From Octopus vulgaris (Eukaryota), in contig OX597833.1 of assembly GCA_951406725.2 (NCBI GenBank), positions 11,098,001 to 11,162,000 on the forward strand: 64,000 bases of DNA. Direction: 5' to 3'. The notes below the pieces were generated by a model that ran no database searches, was not told the DNA's origin, and saw only the letters and a list, made by a program, of their open reading frames with translations. The position numbers and the translations under genes were made by a program. This document shows positions 28,530 to 62,980 of this stretch, one piece after another (the stretch's first letter is position 1; each line of letters starts with the position of its first letter).

Positions 28530-28664
28530 TACATTCGTGTGTGTGTGTGTTACTGTTCTATATTTACTGAAAGCAAGAGGATGTATCAGCGGAAACGTTG
28601 TGTTAACAACAAACAAGAAGAGGACGAATATCCGTCAAATGTAAATAATGTAAATAATGTAAAT

Positions 28665-28772
28665 AATATATGTATGTATGCATGTATGTGTATGTATGTA
28701 TGTATGTATGCATGCATGTATGTATGTATGTATGTATATATGTATGTATATGTATGTATGTATATATGTATG

Positions 28773-28803
<31 letters not shown>

Positions 28804-29088
28804 ATATGTATGTATATATGTATGTATGTATATATGTATGTATGTATGTATATATGTATGTATGTATGTATATATGTATGTATGTATGTATGTATATATG
28901 TATGTATGTATGAATGGATGTATATGTATGTATGCATGTATGTATGTATGTGTGTACTTATGTATGTATGTATATATGTATGTATGTATGTATGTATGTA
29001 CGTATATATGTATGTATATATGTGTGTGTATGTATATATGTATGTTTGAATATATGTATGTATTTATGTATGTATATATGTATGTATG

Positions 29089-29122
<34 letters not shown>

Positions 29123-29156
29123 TGTATGTATGTATATAAATATGTATGTATGTATG

Positions 29157-29192
<36 letters not shown>

Positions 29193-29194
29193 TG

Positions 29195-29228
<34 letters not shown>

Positions 29229-29955
29229 TGTATGTATGTATGTATGTATGTATGTATATATGTATGTAAGTATGTATGTATGTATATATATATGTCTCCC
29301 TCTATCCTCCCTCCTCCCCTCCCCTCCTCTTCTCCTCTCCTTCCTTTTCCCCCCTCCTCTTCTCCTCTCCTTCCTTCTCCCCCTCCCTCCCCCTCCTCTT
29401 CTCCCCTTTCCTTCTCCCCTCTTCTCCCCTTTATTTCTCCCCCTCCCCCCTCCCATTTCCCTCTCCCCCTTACCTCCCCCCTCTTCTCCTCTCTCTACAC
29501 TACACCATACGACTTTACACATCACATCATATATACATACACACGTCTAGACCTCTCATACGCACTAATACTCTCTCATACACACACACACACACTCTTC
29601 TCATACACACACACACACACTCTTATGTTTGAGCGGGGGTCATTTAACCCTATTATCTCCCCTAATTTCGCTCTTGCGTCTCATGTTTGATCTTTGACTT
29701 CTGGCCGAAATCAGATCGCCATGTTGATTCGCTAGCTTTTGCACGCATATTTTTTTCTCTCCTTCTTTCTGTGTTTTTTCCTCTGTGTATCTTTCTGTTG
29801 AAGAGCGTAGGCTCGAAACGTTAAAGACTTGTTTCATTTATATTTCCTGAGCACCATACTAATACAATTGTTTGTTTGTATTCCACCTGCCTTCGTCTTT
29901 TGTTTATTTCCGTAAACCTGCCTTCGTCTTTTGTGTATTTTCATAAAGCTTACCG

Positions 29956-30043
<88 letters not shown>

Positions 30044-30136
30044 GTATATATGTATGTACATATGTATGTATGTATATATGTATGTATGTAAGTATGTATG
30101 TATATATGTAGGTATATATGTATGTATATATGTATG

Positions 30137-30170
<34 letters not shown>

Positions 30171-30284
30171 TGTATGTATGTATGCATGTATATATGTATG
30201 TATGCATGTATGTATGTATGTATGTATGTATGTATGTATGTATATATGTATGTATGCATGCATGTGTGTATATATGTATGTATG

Positions 30285-30318
<34 letters not shown>

Positions 30319-31150
30319 TATATGTATGTATATATGTGTGTATGTATGTATATATATATGTATGTATGTATGCATGTATATGTGGATGTATGTATGTATG
30401 TATGTATGTATGTATGTACGTATGTATATGTATGACTTAAACGACATGCAAAGGTACATGAAGCCCAGTTGCAACTACAGCCGGCTATTACCGGTAAAGG
30501 TTTTAATTGCCAATTTTGTACAAGACATTGTAGATCTTTAGCTGGGCTAAAAAGTCACATTCGATCACAGCACCAGTAACAGTTAAGCTTCGTGCAATGG
30601 CCATACTCGATAACGAGGGGGCAGCCATAAAATGTATGTATGTATGTATGTGTATATGTATATATGTATGTATATATGAAGGTATGTATGTATGTATATG
30701 TGTATGTATGTATGTATGTATATGTGTATGTATGTATGTATGTATATATGTATGTATGTTAGTATGTATGTATGTATGCGTGCGTATGTATGTATGTATA
30801 TATGTATCTATGTATGTATATATGTATGTACGTATGTATGTAAGTATGTATGTAAGTATGTATGTATGTAAGTATGTATGTATGTATGTATATATGTATG
30901 TATGTATGCGTGCGTATGTATGTATGTATATATGTATGTATGTATATATGTATGTATATAGGTATGTATGTAAGTATGTATGTAAGAATGTATGTATGTA
31001 TGTAAGTAAGTATGTATGTGTATATGTATATATGTATGTATGTATGTATGTATATATGTATATATGTATGTATGTATGCATATATGTATGTATGCATGTA
31101 TGTATGCATGTATGTATGCATGTATGTATATATGTATGTATGTGTGTGTA
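28665..31150. repeat. Cluster of (TATG)n/(TA)n microsatellites with a polypyrimidine tract at 29296-29495
   Basis: Direct reading. Confidence 0.9.
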
Positions 31151-31231
31151 CATATATAAAACAATATCTATCCAATCACAAAAACCTATCATTTACAAGT
31201 ATACATCCACACTTTTTGGTTATAGTTTTCC

Positions 31232-31310
31232 CATTGGTTTACGAATTCACGCAAAGATTTTCGGCAGAGCTGGGTTCCATATATAATAGGTCGTCAGGAA
31301 GTCGGTAACA
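31232..31310 (+). promoter_or_regulatory. Putative core promoter of paralog B (reverse CCAAT, TATA-like TATATAAT at 31280, Inr-like position ~31302); mirrored for A at ~24997-25070
   Basis: Motif spacing upstream of a leader shared with paralog C (aagtc[a/g]gtaaca...cctccagcttagatcta); no transcript data. Confidence 0.35.
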
Positions 31311-31449
31311 GTTCTTCAGCTGAGACCAACTTCAAATCTAAGACAGATACATAGGCAGCCAGTTGTAAGCCTCCAGCTTAGATCTACTCTAAGTTTATTG
31401 TTGGGCCAACACGAAATATCACGTACCACCACCGACAACTATCGTCACG

Positions 31450-43314
<11,865 letters not shown>

Positions 43315-43825
43315 ATAGAACATAACTGAATCCGTTTCAATTTGAAAATGTATATGGGAAAATTGCATGTGATAATATCAAAGAAAAGTTTATAATTACG
43401 TAATTTTGTTTCATGATATTTTATTCAATTTATGCTTATGGTTAACATAAGCAACATTATAGTTGTTTAAAATAGTATTCCAAACGAGAAGAGTATCTAC
43501 CTAAAGCGAAGGATGCAAACCTCAATGAATGATTCTTGAAAAGCATTATATAAGCTTTTGTTTATCTACATATATTTATATACTGAGATAAAATGATATC
43601 TAATTTTAAAAGACAGTGTCCTCTTTGTATAAATATATTACAAAACCCAACTAATATCATACATGCTATGTGTCATGCATAATCTCATAATTAAAAAAAG
43701 TGTTAATACTTGGAACGAATCGGATTCAGAGTAATACTAATACAGTGAGTGACCATTCTACCCACAATTCGGAAACAAAATACTCGATACCTCAAAAAAT
43801 AAGTCCTCCCATCTGCTTGATGAGT

Positions 43826-44062
43826 ACCTATTTCTTTATTACCCACAAGGGGCTAAACACAGAGGGGACAAACAAGGACAGACATAGGTATTAAATCGAT
43901 TACATCGACCCCAGTGCGTAACTGGTACTTAATTTATCGACCCCGAAAGGATGAAAGGCAAAGTCGACCTCGGCGGAATTTGAACTCACAACGTAACGGC
44001 AGACGAAATACCGCTAAGCATTTCGCCCGGCGTGCTAACGTTTCTGCCAGCTCGCCGCCTTT
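43826..44062 (-). mobile_element. tRNA-headed SINE family 2 with Meta-like core (representative)
   Basis: aaggcggcgagctggcaga head; core gcctttcatcctttcggggtcgataaattaagtaccag. Other copies at ~3432-3630, 17430-17650, 24045-24280, 27705-28270, 31999-32232, 33912-34205, 52217-52449, 55930-56157, 57870-58310. Confidence 0.85.
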
Positions 44063-45296
44063 TAATGCTGTATGAGTACCGCAAGACTACCGCATTTATG
44101 TGGCGGCACGGCCCACGCACTAGAGAGTCCAGCGAAGCACAATGAAGAAAATATGCGTGAAAGAAATTGAGGAAGACCTGAAGTCGCACCGTTTCGACTT
44201 CAGGCAAGCTAAGGACAACGCCATGGGTCAAAAAGCGTCAAATAACATCATCAGCAGTGTCCATCATACAGCGGTGCCCTCAGCAGCATATTGCTTGAGA
44301 GTACAGCTACCCATTCCGGACGCCAGCTAGGGATCAAAAAGATGAACGTCCTGGAAGAGTAGTGACAGAATCGAAATGTGCTTTAATTCGTTAGAATGTT
44401 TCATTAGAACATTCAAGCAATTTCTAGCTGCTAAGCAATGGAATGCTTAGCGGCTACAAATAGAGGATTTAAACAAAAAGACAAATTAAACAGCTTGGTT
44501 GGTGTTAAAGAAAGAGAGCTCATCACACACTACTTCTTTTGCGCCGTTCAATTTCGAAATATGTCCTACAGAAGATAACAATTTCATTTGGTTCTCGACC
44601 CGTGCTTCAAATCTAATGCAGAAACCTAGCGTATGTGTAGTATTGTCATGAGATAATTCTAGGTAGTTTACCCTTGAAGAAACGCTATAACTGAGTCTAC
44701 AAAATACTTGGCCTTGTAAGGAAATATGAAGACAAGCTTGAGAAAAGATTCCAGTGAATCACACCCAGTAGCATCCTGGACAATAAATATTAATTAGTGA
44801 ATATACAAGGTACAGTATACAAGAAATTATCAATATTCGAGATGGCTGGAGAAGAATCGATCTGTTTCAAACAATTCTTTATAAACGTTTGCTGATAAAC
44901 ACAGTGGGTTTCCTTTCTCTTTATTTCTGTGGCCCCTTACATGTTCTTCTAAAAAAGAAAGAATTAAACTCATACGGTATTTGAAAATTGTCACGAAAGT
45001 TTCTTTTTCTTAAGCAGTCAATACTTTTAAACTCCCCACAAAATGCCATACGTACTCTTTACTCTCTTTTACTTGTTTCAGTCATTTGATTGCGGCCATG
45101 CTGGAGCACCGCCTTTAGTCGAGCAAATCGACCCCGGGACTTATTCTTTGTAAGCCCGGTACTTATTCTATCGGTCTCTTTTGCCGAACTGCTAAGTGGC
45201 GGGGACGTAAACACACCAGCATCGGTTGTCAAGCAATGCTAGAGGGACAAACAGACACACAAACACGTACGTACACATACACACACACACATACAC

Positions 45297-45333
<37 letters not shown>

Positions 45334-45885
45334 CATATATACAACAGGCTTCTTTCAGTTTCCGTCTACCAAATCCACTCACAAGGCATTGGTCGGCCCG
45401 GGGCTATAGCAGAAGACACTTGCCCAAGATGCCAAGCAGTGGGATTGAACCCGGAACCATGTGGTTGTTAAGCAAGCTACTTACCACACAGCCACTCCTG
45501 CGCCAAGAGTTGGAAGTAATTTTGTTGTTTCATTAAAAACTTAGCTTCCGGCACAATAGTACTTTTCACGTTCCATATTCCTGAATTTATCAGTGTAAAC
45601 GAAACTCACATTCGCTTTCCTGTTTATCGTTATACTGTTTCTTCTCATATTTCAAAAGTAGCACTTGTATATACAACTTGACGGTAAAATGTTAGAGTAT
45701 TTGTATATATTGAACTGCTCCCCCCCTCTAACCAGATCACTAGCAGTAACAGCTGCAGCAACGCTCAACTTAGCTGACAACTTCTTCCTCTGCGTCTCAG
45801 TTTCCCTTCCGTTTTCTTAAGATATTATGTAAACTTCATTTCCGCTTTAGAAAACCAAAAATCTAATTTTTATAAATAAGAAATA

Positions 45886-46824
45886 GGCGCAGGAGTGGCT
45901 GTGTGGTAAGTAGCTTGCTTACCAACCACATGGTTCCGGGTTCAGTCCCACTGTGTGGCATCTTGGGTAAGTGTCTTCTGCTATAGCCCCGGGTCGACCA
46001 ATGCCTTGTGAGTTGATTTGGTAGATGGAAACTGAAAGAAGCCTGACGTATATATGTATATATATATACATATTTATAGGCGCAGGAGTGGCTGTGTGGT
46101 AAGTAGCTTGCTTACCAACAACATGGTTCCGGGCTCAGTCCCACTGTGTGGCATCTTGGGTAAGTGTCTTCTGCTATAGCCCCGGGTCGACCAATACCTT
46201 GTGAGTTGATTTGGTAGATGGAAACTGAAAGAAGCCTGACGTATATATGTATATATATATACATATTTATAGGCGCAGGAGTGGCTGTGTGGTAAGTAGC
46301 TTGCTTACCAACCACATGGTTCCGGGCTCAGTCCCACTGTGTGGCATCTTGGGCAAGTATCTTCTGCTATAGCCCCGGGTCGACCAATGCCTTGTGAGTG
46401 GATTTGGTAGATGGAAACTGAAAGAAGCCTGACGTATATATGTATATATATATATACATATTTATAGGCGCAGGAGTGGCTGTGTGGTAAGTAGCTTGCT
46501 TAACAACCATATGGTTCCGGGTTCAGTCCCACTGTGTGACATCTTGGGCAAGTGTCTTCTGCTATAGCCCCGGGCCGACCAATGCCTTGTGAGTTGATTT
46601 GGTAGACGGAAACTGAAAGAAGCCTGACGTATATATGTATATATATATATATATTTATAGGCACAGGAGTGGCTGTGTGGTAAGTAGCTTGCTTACCAGC
46701 CACATGGTTCTGGGTTCAGTCCCACTATGTGGCATCTTGGGTAAGTGTCTTCTGCTATAGCCCCGGGCCGACCAATGCCTTGTGAGTGGATTTGGCAGAC
46801 GGAAACTGAAAGAAGCCTGACGTA

Positions 46825-46866
<42 letters not shown>

Positions 46867-48185
46867 CGCAGGAGTGGCTGTGTGGTAAGTAGCTTGCTTA
46901 CCAACCACATGGTACCGGGTTCAGTCCCACTGTGTGGCATCTTGGGCAAGTGTCTTATGCTATAGCCCCGGGCCGCCCAATGCCTTGTGAGTGGATTTGG
47001 TAGATGGAAACTGAAAGAAGCCTGACGTATATATGTATATATATATACATATTTATAGGCGCAGGAGTGGCTGTGTGGTAAGTAGCTTGCTTAACAACCA
47101 TATGGTTCCGGGTTCAGTCCCACTGTGTGACATCTTGGGCAAGTGTCTTCTGCTATAGCCCCGGGCCGACCAATGCCTTGTGAGTTGATTTGGTAGACGG
47201 AAACTGAAAGAAGCCTGACGTATATATGTATATATATATATATATATTTATAGGCGCAGGAGTGGCTGTGTGGTAAGTAGCTTGCTTAACAACCACATGC
47301 TTCCGGGTTCAGTCCCACTGTGTGGCATCTTGGGCAAGTGTCTTCTGCTATAGCCCCGGGCCGACCAATGCCTTGTGAGTTGATTTGGTAGACGGAAACT
47401 GAAAGAAGCCTGACGTATATATGTATATATATATATATTTATAGGCGCAGGAGTGGCTGTGTGGTAAGTAGCTTGCTTAACAACCACATGGTTCCGGGTT
47501 CAGTCCCACTGTGTGGCATCTTGGGCAAGTGTCTTCTGCTATAGCCCCGGGCCGACCAATGCCTTGTGAGTTGATTTGGTAGACGGAAACTGAAAGAAGC
47601 CTGACGTATATATGTATATATATATATATTTATAGGCGCAGGAGTGGCTGTGTGGTAAGTAGCTTGCTTAACAACCACATGGTTCCGGGTTCAGTCCCAC
47701 TGTGTGGCATCTTGGGCAAGTGTCTTCTGCTATAGCCCCGGGCCGACCAATGCCTTGTGAGTTGATTTGGTAGACGGAAACTGAAAGAAGCCTGACGTAT
47801 ATATGTATATATATATATATTTATAGGCGCAGGAGTGGCTGTGTGGTAAGTAGCTTGCTTACCAGCCACATGGTTCCGGGTTCAGTCCCACTGTGTGGCA
47901 TCTTGGGTAAGTGTCTTCTGCTATAGCCCCGGGCCGACCAATACCTTGTGAGTGGATTTGGTAGACGGAAACTGAAAGAAGCCTGACGTATATATGTATA
48001 TATATATATATATATTTATAGGCGCAGGAGTGGCTGTGTGGTAAGTAGCTTGCTTAACAACCACATGGTTCCGGGTTCAGTCCCACTGTGTGGCATCTTG
48101 GGTAAGTGTCTTCTGCTATAGCCCCGGGCCGACCAATGCCTTGTGAGTGGATTTGGTAGACGGAAACTGAAAGAAGCCTGTCGTA

Positions 48186-48248
<63 letters not shown>

Positions 48249-48485
48249 GTGTGTATATGTTTGTGTGTCTGTGTTTGTCCCCCTAGCATTGCTTGACAAC
48301 CGATGCCGGTGTGTTTATGTCCCCGTCACTTAGCGGTTCGGCAAAAAAGAGACCGATAGAATACGTACTGGGCTTACAAAAGAATAAGTCTCGGGGTCGA
48401 GTTGCTCGACTAAAGGCGGGTGCTCCAGTATGGCCGCAGTCAAATGACTGAAACAAGTAAAAGAGTAAAAAGAGAAAAAAGAGTA
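45886..48485 (+). repeat. Tandem array of 11 SINE 5' halves (191-205 bp period) ending in one full-length SINE
   Basis: Unit starts 45886, 46079, 46272, 46467, 46660, 46865, 47058, 47253, 47444, 47635, 47826, 48021. Confidence 0.95.
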
Positions 48486-48732
48486 TACTTTGTGCAATAT
48501 ACTGATATTTTCAAATGTAATAAAATTACGAAATGAAACACTCTTTTATACGGTGTGGTAATTAACATCATTAAATCTAATTATCAATTCACCAAAATGT
48601 GGGTTTTCTGGGTCAGAAATTCACTGTTTACTACACTCAATAAGATTCAGCAGTCCGATTGGTTACTTATTAACGCTGCTTTTGTCAGTTCATATAAACT
48701 AGTCTTCGAGTTTAATGAGGTTTTATTTTAGA

Positions 48733-49128
48733 CTAGCAGTATCGCCCGGCGTTGCTCGGGTTTGTAAGGGAAATAACTATAAAGCATTTTTAGAGAGTTA
48801 TAGCCCAAAAGTAGCAAAAAATGCATTAAAAATGGAAAAAAAATTATGGTAAATGTTTTTTTTTAATCGTTGACTCATCGTAGACATTTTTAGAGAGTTA
48901 CTTCCCTTATATTTAAAAAAATATGCCTTAAAATGGAAAAAAAATGATGGTAAATTATTTTTAAAATCGTAGACTCATCGTAGACGCGCGCTAATACCCA
49001 GAAGGGCTCGATATGAATCACGACTATAAGATACCCGCTTTTGGTTAAACTGCATCGCAAAATGTGGGAGTAATTAGGAATCTAAATCGGAGTAGACAGA
49101 CACACAACCTTTCTTTTATATATAAAGA
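48733..49128 (-). mobile_element. Non-autonomous Helitron (~400 bp family)
   Basis: TC...CTAG termini, A|T target. Confidence 0.85.
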
Positions 49129-49364
49129 TTTAACAATTCTTAAATATTTACAGTAGAGCATCTTGTGTTGAATTATACCCACATAATCCTGCAAAGAACT
49201 GCTGGAGTACCACGTTGAAACTGAATATTCTAACCAGGTAAAGGCTCTTTTTCATCTCAGGCGTATTCTTGGCATACAGTGTGTAATTTTAGTATTTCTG
49301 TTTCTGAACCAGTGAGATATCTTCAAGGCTTTCTTAACATGCATGACAAGAGAGTTATAGAAAA

Positions 49365-49666
49365 CTAGCAGTATCGCCCGGCGTTGCTCTGGTTTGTAAG
49401 GGAAATAACTATATAAGCATTTTAGAGAGTTACTTCCCTTATATAAAACCGAGTAAAAATGCATTAAAAATAAGAAAAAATGATGGTAATTTTTTTAAAA
49501 TCGTAGATTCATAGTAGACGCGCGCTAATACCCAGAAGGGCTCGATATGAATCACGACTATAAGATAGCCGCATTTGGTTAAACTGCACCACAAAATGTG
49601 GGAGTAGTTAGGAATCTAAATCGGAGTAGACAGACTCTCACACAACTTCAGTTTTATATATAAAGA
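49365..49666 (-). mobile_element. Non-autonomous Helitron, short form with one internal repeat unit
   Basis: TC...CTAG termini. Confidence 0.82.
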
Positions 49667-49669
49667 TAT

Positions 49670-50890
49670 AAACATCACAGAGGGGCTTTCCCTTCGGAAT
49701 ATAATTCTGAGACACTGCTTTTCATCGCTCCTTATATTTAACTTGAAGATGGTGGCCCACGATGAAGTCATGAAAGCTATGATTTTGACTATGCTCACTG
49801 GAACTTTACCAAGTTGAAGGGGTTCTAGCATCCATTGAAACTAGTTACCTTTTACGCATCCGCACCTCTGACATTACAGTTTTGTTTATTAACAGGTGCT
49901 CGGTAATCCCTTGACACCCTTTTGTTCTGCTGTGATGATGTTATTACTTCCACAATGTTCTTGGAGGAAGAAGTTTAAACATGTATATATTTTATACATT
50001 ATGTTCTGATGGCATGCAACTGGTCGGTTGTTTTTGCCTTGTAGGTGGTTCGGCTTTTGAGGAGCAGTTTTGTCTTTGCCGAAGCTAAACAGTGTGGTAT
50101 GCTACTACTCCCATTGAAAGCTTAATGGTACAGGTTGACAAAATATGGTCGATAGAAGGTTAGGTTCTTGTACCAGTATCAATCAATCAAGTCTCTTCCA
50201 GACGCTTTTTTCATTCTGAAATTCCTGGATTATAGTCACAAATGTATCGCTATCAATGCTGTATGTCTGGAGTGGGATGTAATGAAGGGACTGTCATTAT
50301 CGTTAGGCCTAACTCATCGCCAAGTCAATACCACCATGACCGATATCCAAGCTACAGTGGAGAAGGCTAGCCACTGGATTTGGTTAAAAAGGGACGATAT
50401 ACAATGGCTAGAAGAATATTGAGCTTTATCTGATAACCAGCTGATCTAGCAAGCGGGGCTTCATATCAGTGAGTGGGGCCGGTGCACATTGATGCCGTCG
50501 AGAGGTAGGCCCCGAAACGGCGCGCATTCTCTCCTGATGACCACATACACTTGCTGGCTTCCGGTATGCGGAGTTTTTGACTGAAAGCACTTGCATGTGC
50601 AAGTTGTTTGCAAGACATGTCTGGAGTGGGGTGTAATGAAGGGACAGTGATCATTTCGAATGTCTATCAGCCACATACGTTTCAGTGAAACTCCACCTTG
50701 CTCCAGATTTTCCTTCGGGAAAAGTCTGTTTTTTCGCGAAGGAGCTTTTATGATATGTTTTACTTCTTCTTCTCCCGTGTCTCTCTACACTGCTGCCGGG
50801 TTGCGGTTAAATGTTTTGTTTATTCTTTTTCTTTCGGTTATTCCCACTGACAGCATTTAGCTCCTGCTTGAGGGCGATCAGTTTGCGACT
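49670..50890 (-). mobile_element. Heavily decayed non-LTR retrotransposon RT fragment (RLE/R4-like)
   Basis: Remnant peptides KGITEHLLINKTV and WMLEPLQLGKVP..SWAT..IF.RESPS resemble RT subdomains. Confidence 0.45.
50292..50616 (+). mobile_element. 5'-truncated RLE-type (HERO-like) non-LTR retrotransposon 3' end with ~29-bp target duplication
   Basis: C-terminal QATVEKASHWIWLKR motif; flanking direct repeat 50263-50291/50617-50645 (1 mismatch). Confidence 0.65.
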
Positions 50891-50907
50891 GAGTGATCTC
50901 TTCCTGC

Positions 50908-52215
50908 TATGCATGCATGTATGAATGTATGTATGTGTGTATGTATGTGTGTATGTATTATGTATGTGTGTATGTATGTATGTATGTATGTTTGCATGTA
51001 TGTATATATGTACGTATGTATGTATGTATGTATGTATGTATGTATGTATGTATGTGTGTATGTGTCATGTATGTACGTATGTATGTATGTATGTATGTGT
51101 GTATGTATGTATGTATGTATGTGTGTATGTGTGTATGTATGTACGTACGTACGTATGTATGTATGTATGTGTGTATGTATGTATGTATGTATGTGTGTAT
51201 GTGTGTATGTATGTACGTATGTATGTATGTATGTATGTGTGTATGTATGTATGTATGTATGTGTGTATGTGTGTATGTATGTACGTACGTACGGATGTAT
51301 GTATGTATGTACGTATGTATGTGTGTGTATATGTATTATGTATGTGTGTATGTATGTATGTACGTACGTATGTATGTATGTGTGTATATATTACGTATGT
51401 ATGTATGTATGTATGTATGTATGTATGTATGTATGTGTGTATGTATTATGTATGTGTGTATGTATGCATGTACGTATGTATGTGTGTATGTATGTATGTT
51501 CGTATGTATGCATGCATGTATGTATGTATTATGTATGTATGTGTGTTTGTATGTATGTATTTACTTACGTATGTATGTATGTATGTATGTATGTATGTAT
51601 GTATGTATGTATGTATGTGTATGTATGTATGTACGTATGTATGTGTGTATGTATGTATGTATGTACGTATGTATGTATGTATGTGTGTATGTATGGTTGT
51701 ATGTATGTATGTATTATGTGTGTGTGTATGTATGTATGTATGTATGTGTGTATTTACGCACGTATGTATGTATGTATGTATGTAATGTATGTATTATGTA
51801 TGTTTGTATGTATGTATGTGTGTATGTATGTGTTTGTGTATGTATGTATGTATGTATGTATGTATGTATGTATGTATGTATGTATGTGTGTGTGTATGTA
51901 TGTATTATGTATGTGCGTATGTATGTACGTATGTATGTGTGTATGCATGTATGTGTATGTATGTATGGATTATGCTTATCTGTATGTACGTATGTATGTA
52001 TGTTTGTATGTATTATGTATGTGCGTATGTATGTATGTACGTACGTATGTATGTACGTACGTATGTATGTATGTATGTATGTATGTATGTATGTATGTAT
52101 GTATGTATGTGTGTATGTATGTATGTATGGATTATGCTTATCTGTATGTATGTCTGTATGTATGTATGTATGTATGTATGTATGTATTCATGCATGCATG
52201 CATATATGTGTATAT
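50908..52215. repeat. ~1.3-kb (TATG)n degenerate microsatellite
   Basis: Direct reading. Confidence 0.95.
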
Positions 52216-52798
52216 ATATTTCTTTACCACCCACAAGGGGCTTAACATAGAGGGGACAAACAAAGACAGACAAAAGGATTAAGTCGATTACATCGACCCG
52301 AGTGCGAAACTGCTACTTTATTTATCGACCCGAAAGGATGAAAGGCAAAGTCGACCTCGGCGGAATTTGAACTCAGAATTTAACGACAGACGAAATACCG
52401 CTAAGCATTTCGCCTGGCGCGCTAACGTTTCTGCCAGCTCGCCGCCTTTATGTATATGTGTATATACTTATACGTATGTATCTGTTTATGTATATACGTA
52501 TATCGCTTCCACAACGATATTCTCACAGTCGAATATTTTAATTAGATTAACAGAAGTAATTTAATTATCTGAAAATTTGTTTAATAAATTGTTATGAACA
52601 AACCAATATTAATAGGCGGTTGCAGAACGTTTGGTGTACAAAGAAAGTAGCTCTCTCAATGAGTATTAAATGTTTTCAAGAAATAACAAATTAAATAAAT
52701 ACAAAATTAAGCAAGAAAATAAATCTTAATCCCCTAACAAACTGGGATATTTAATAATTTTACGGGTTTCTGCCTTTGTCATTAAAGTATTTCTGTAA

Positions 52799-52955
52799 AT
52801 GTCTTGCAAACAACTTGCACATGCAAGTGCTACCAGTTAAAAGCTCCGCATACCGGAAGCTAGCAAGTGTATGGGGTCATCAGGAGAGAATGCGCGCCGT
52901 TTCGGGGCCTACCTCCCGACGGCATCAATGCGCACCGGCCCCACTCACTGATATG
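52799..52955 (-). mobile_element. Third HERO-like 3' UTR fragment, ~270 bp upstream of paralog C ATG
   Basis: Reverse complement closely matches 50462-50618. Confidence 0.7.
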
Positions 52956-53220
52956 TAATTATTTTGTGTCTGCACCGAATCACAACACCTTTCATTCATA
53001 AATCTACACCCACACTTCTGATTATAGAAATATCATTGGTTTATGATTAAATTTTCGTCAAGGCTAGGTTATGGTGGGTTGAATATATAAATTGAATATA
53101 TGAATATTGTAAATTGAATGTATACAGAAAGTCAGTAACAAACCTCCAGCTTAGATCTATCCTAAATTTATTGTTAAACCAACACAAAATATCGCATACA
53201 AGGAACGTCTATACATCCCA

Positions 53221-62495
<9,275 letters not shown>

Positions 62496-62980
62496 GTTAG
62501 TATTGGATATACTTAATTTCAATCATCCTCTCTCTCTCTCTCTCTCTCCTACGACATACATACACACACACATTCTGGTATTGTATAGCAATATTTCTCT
62601 TCATTATTGAGAATCTAATTCTATTTATTTGGTTGGTAAATTATTGACCCCTGTCTTTGTTCCCCTAGCATTGCTTGACAACCGATGCTGGTGTGTTTAC
62701 GTCCCCGTCACTTAGCGGTTCGGCAAAAGAGAGACCGATAGAATAAGTACTGGGCTTACAAAAAGAATAAGTCTCGGGGTCGAGTTGGTCGACTAAAGGC
62801 GGTGCTCCAGCATGGCCGCAGTCAAATGACTGAAACAAGTAAAAGAGTAAAAAGAGAGTATTCGTTTTCAGACCCAAACGGAAAGTGTCAGTTAAGAGAC
62901 GGAAAGACTAGAAAGTCTAGATTTAATTGAAAAAGTCAACCATTCAGGCGGAGCAGATCCGATGGCTTAAGTAAAGAAAA

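Noticed and set aside
29296-29495. Polypyrimidine/polypurine tract between the divergent genes (H-DNA/G4 potential)
   Set aside because: Low-complexity tracts are common in this sequence; nothing indicates function.
45886-48200. CRISPR-like regularly spaced array
   Set aside because: Units are ~193-bp SINE halves separated only by (TA)n; there are no unique spacers or cas genes, and the context is eukaryotic.
50893-52282. Long ORFs (450-457 aa) rich in M/Y/V/C; likewise 7163-8111, 28670-31286, 35391-37206
   Set aside because: Translations of (TATG)n microsatellites, which lack stop codons.
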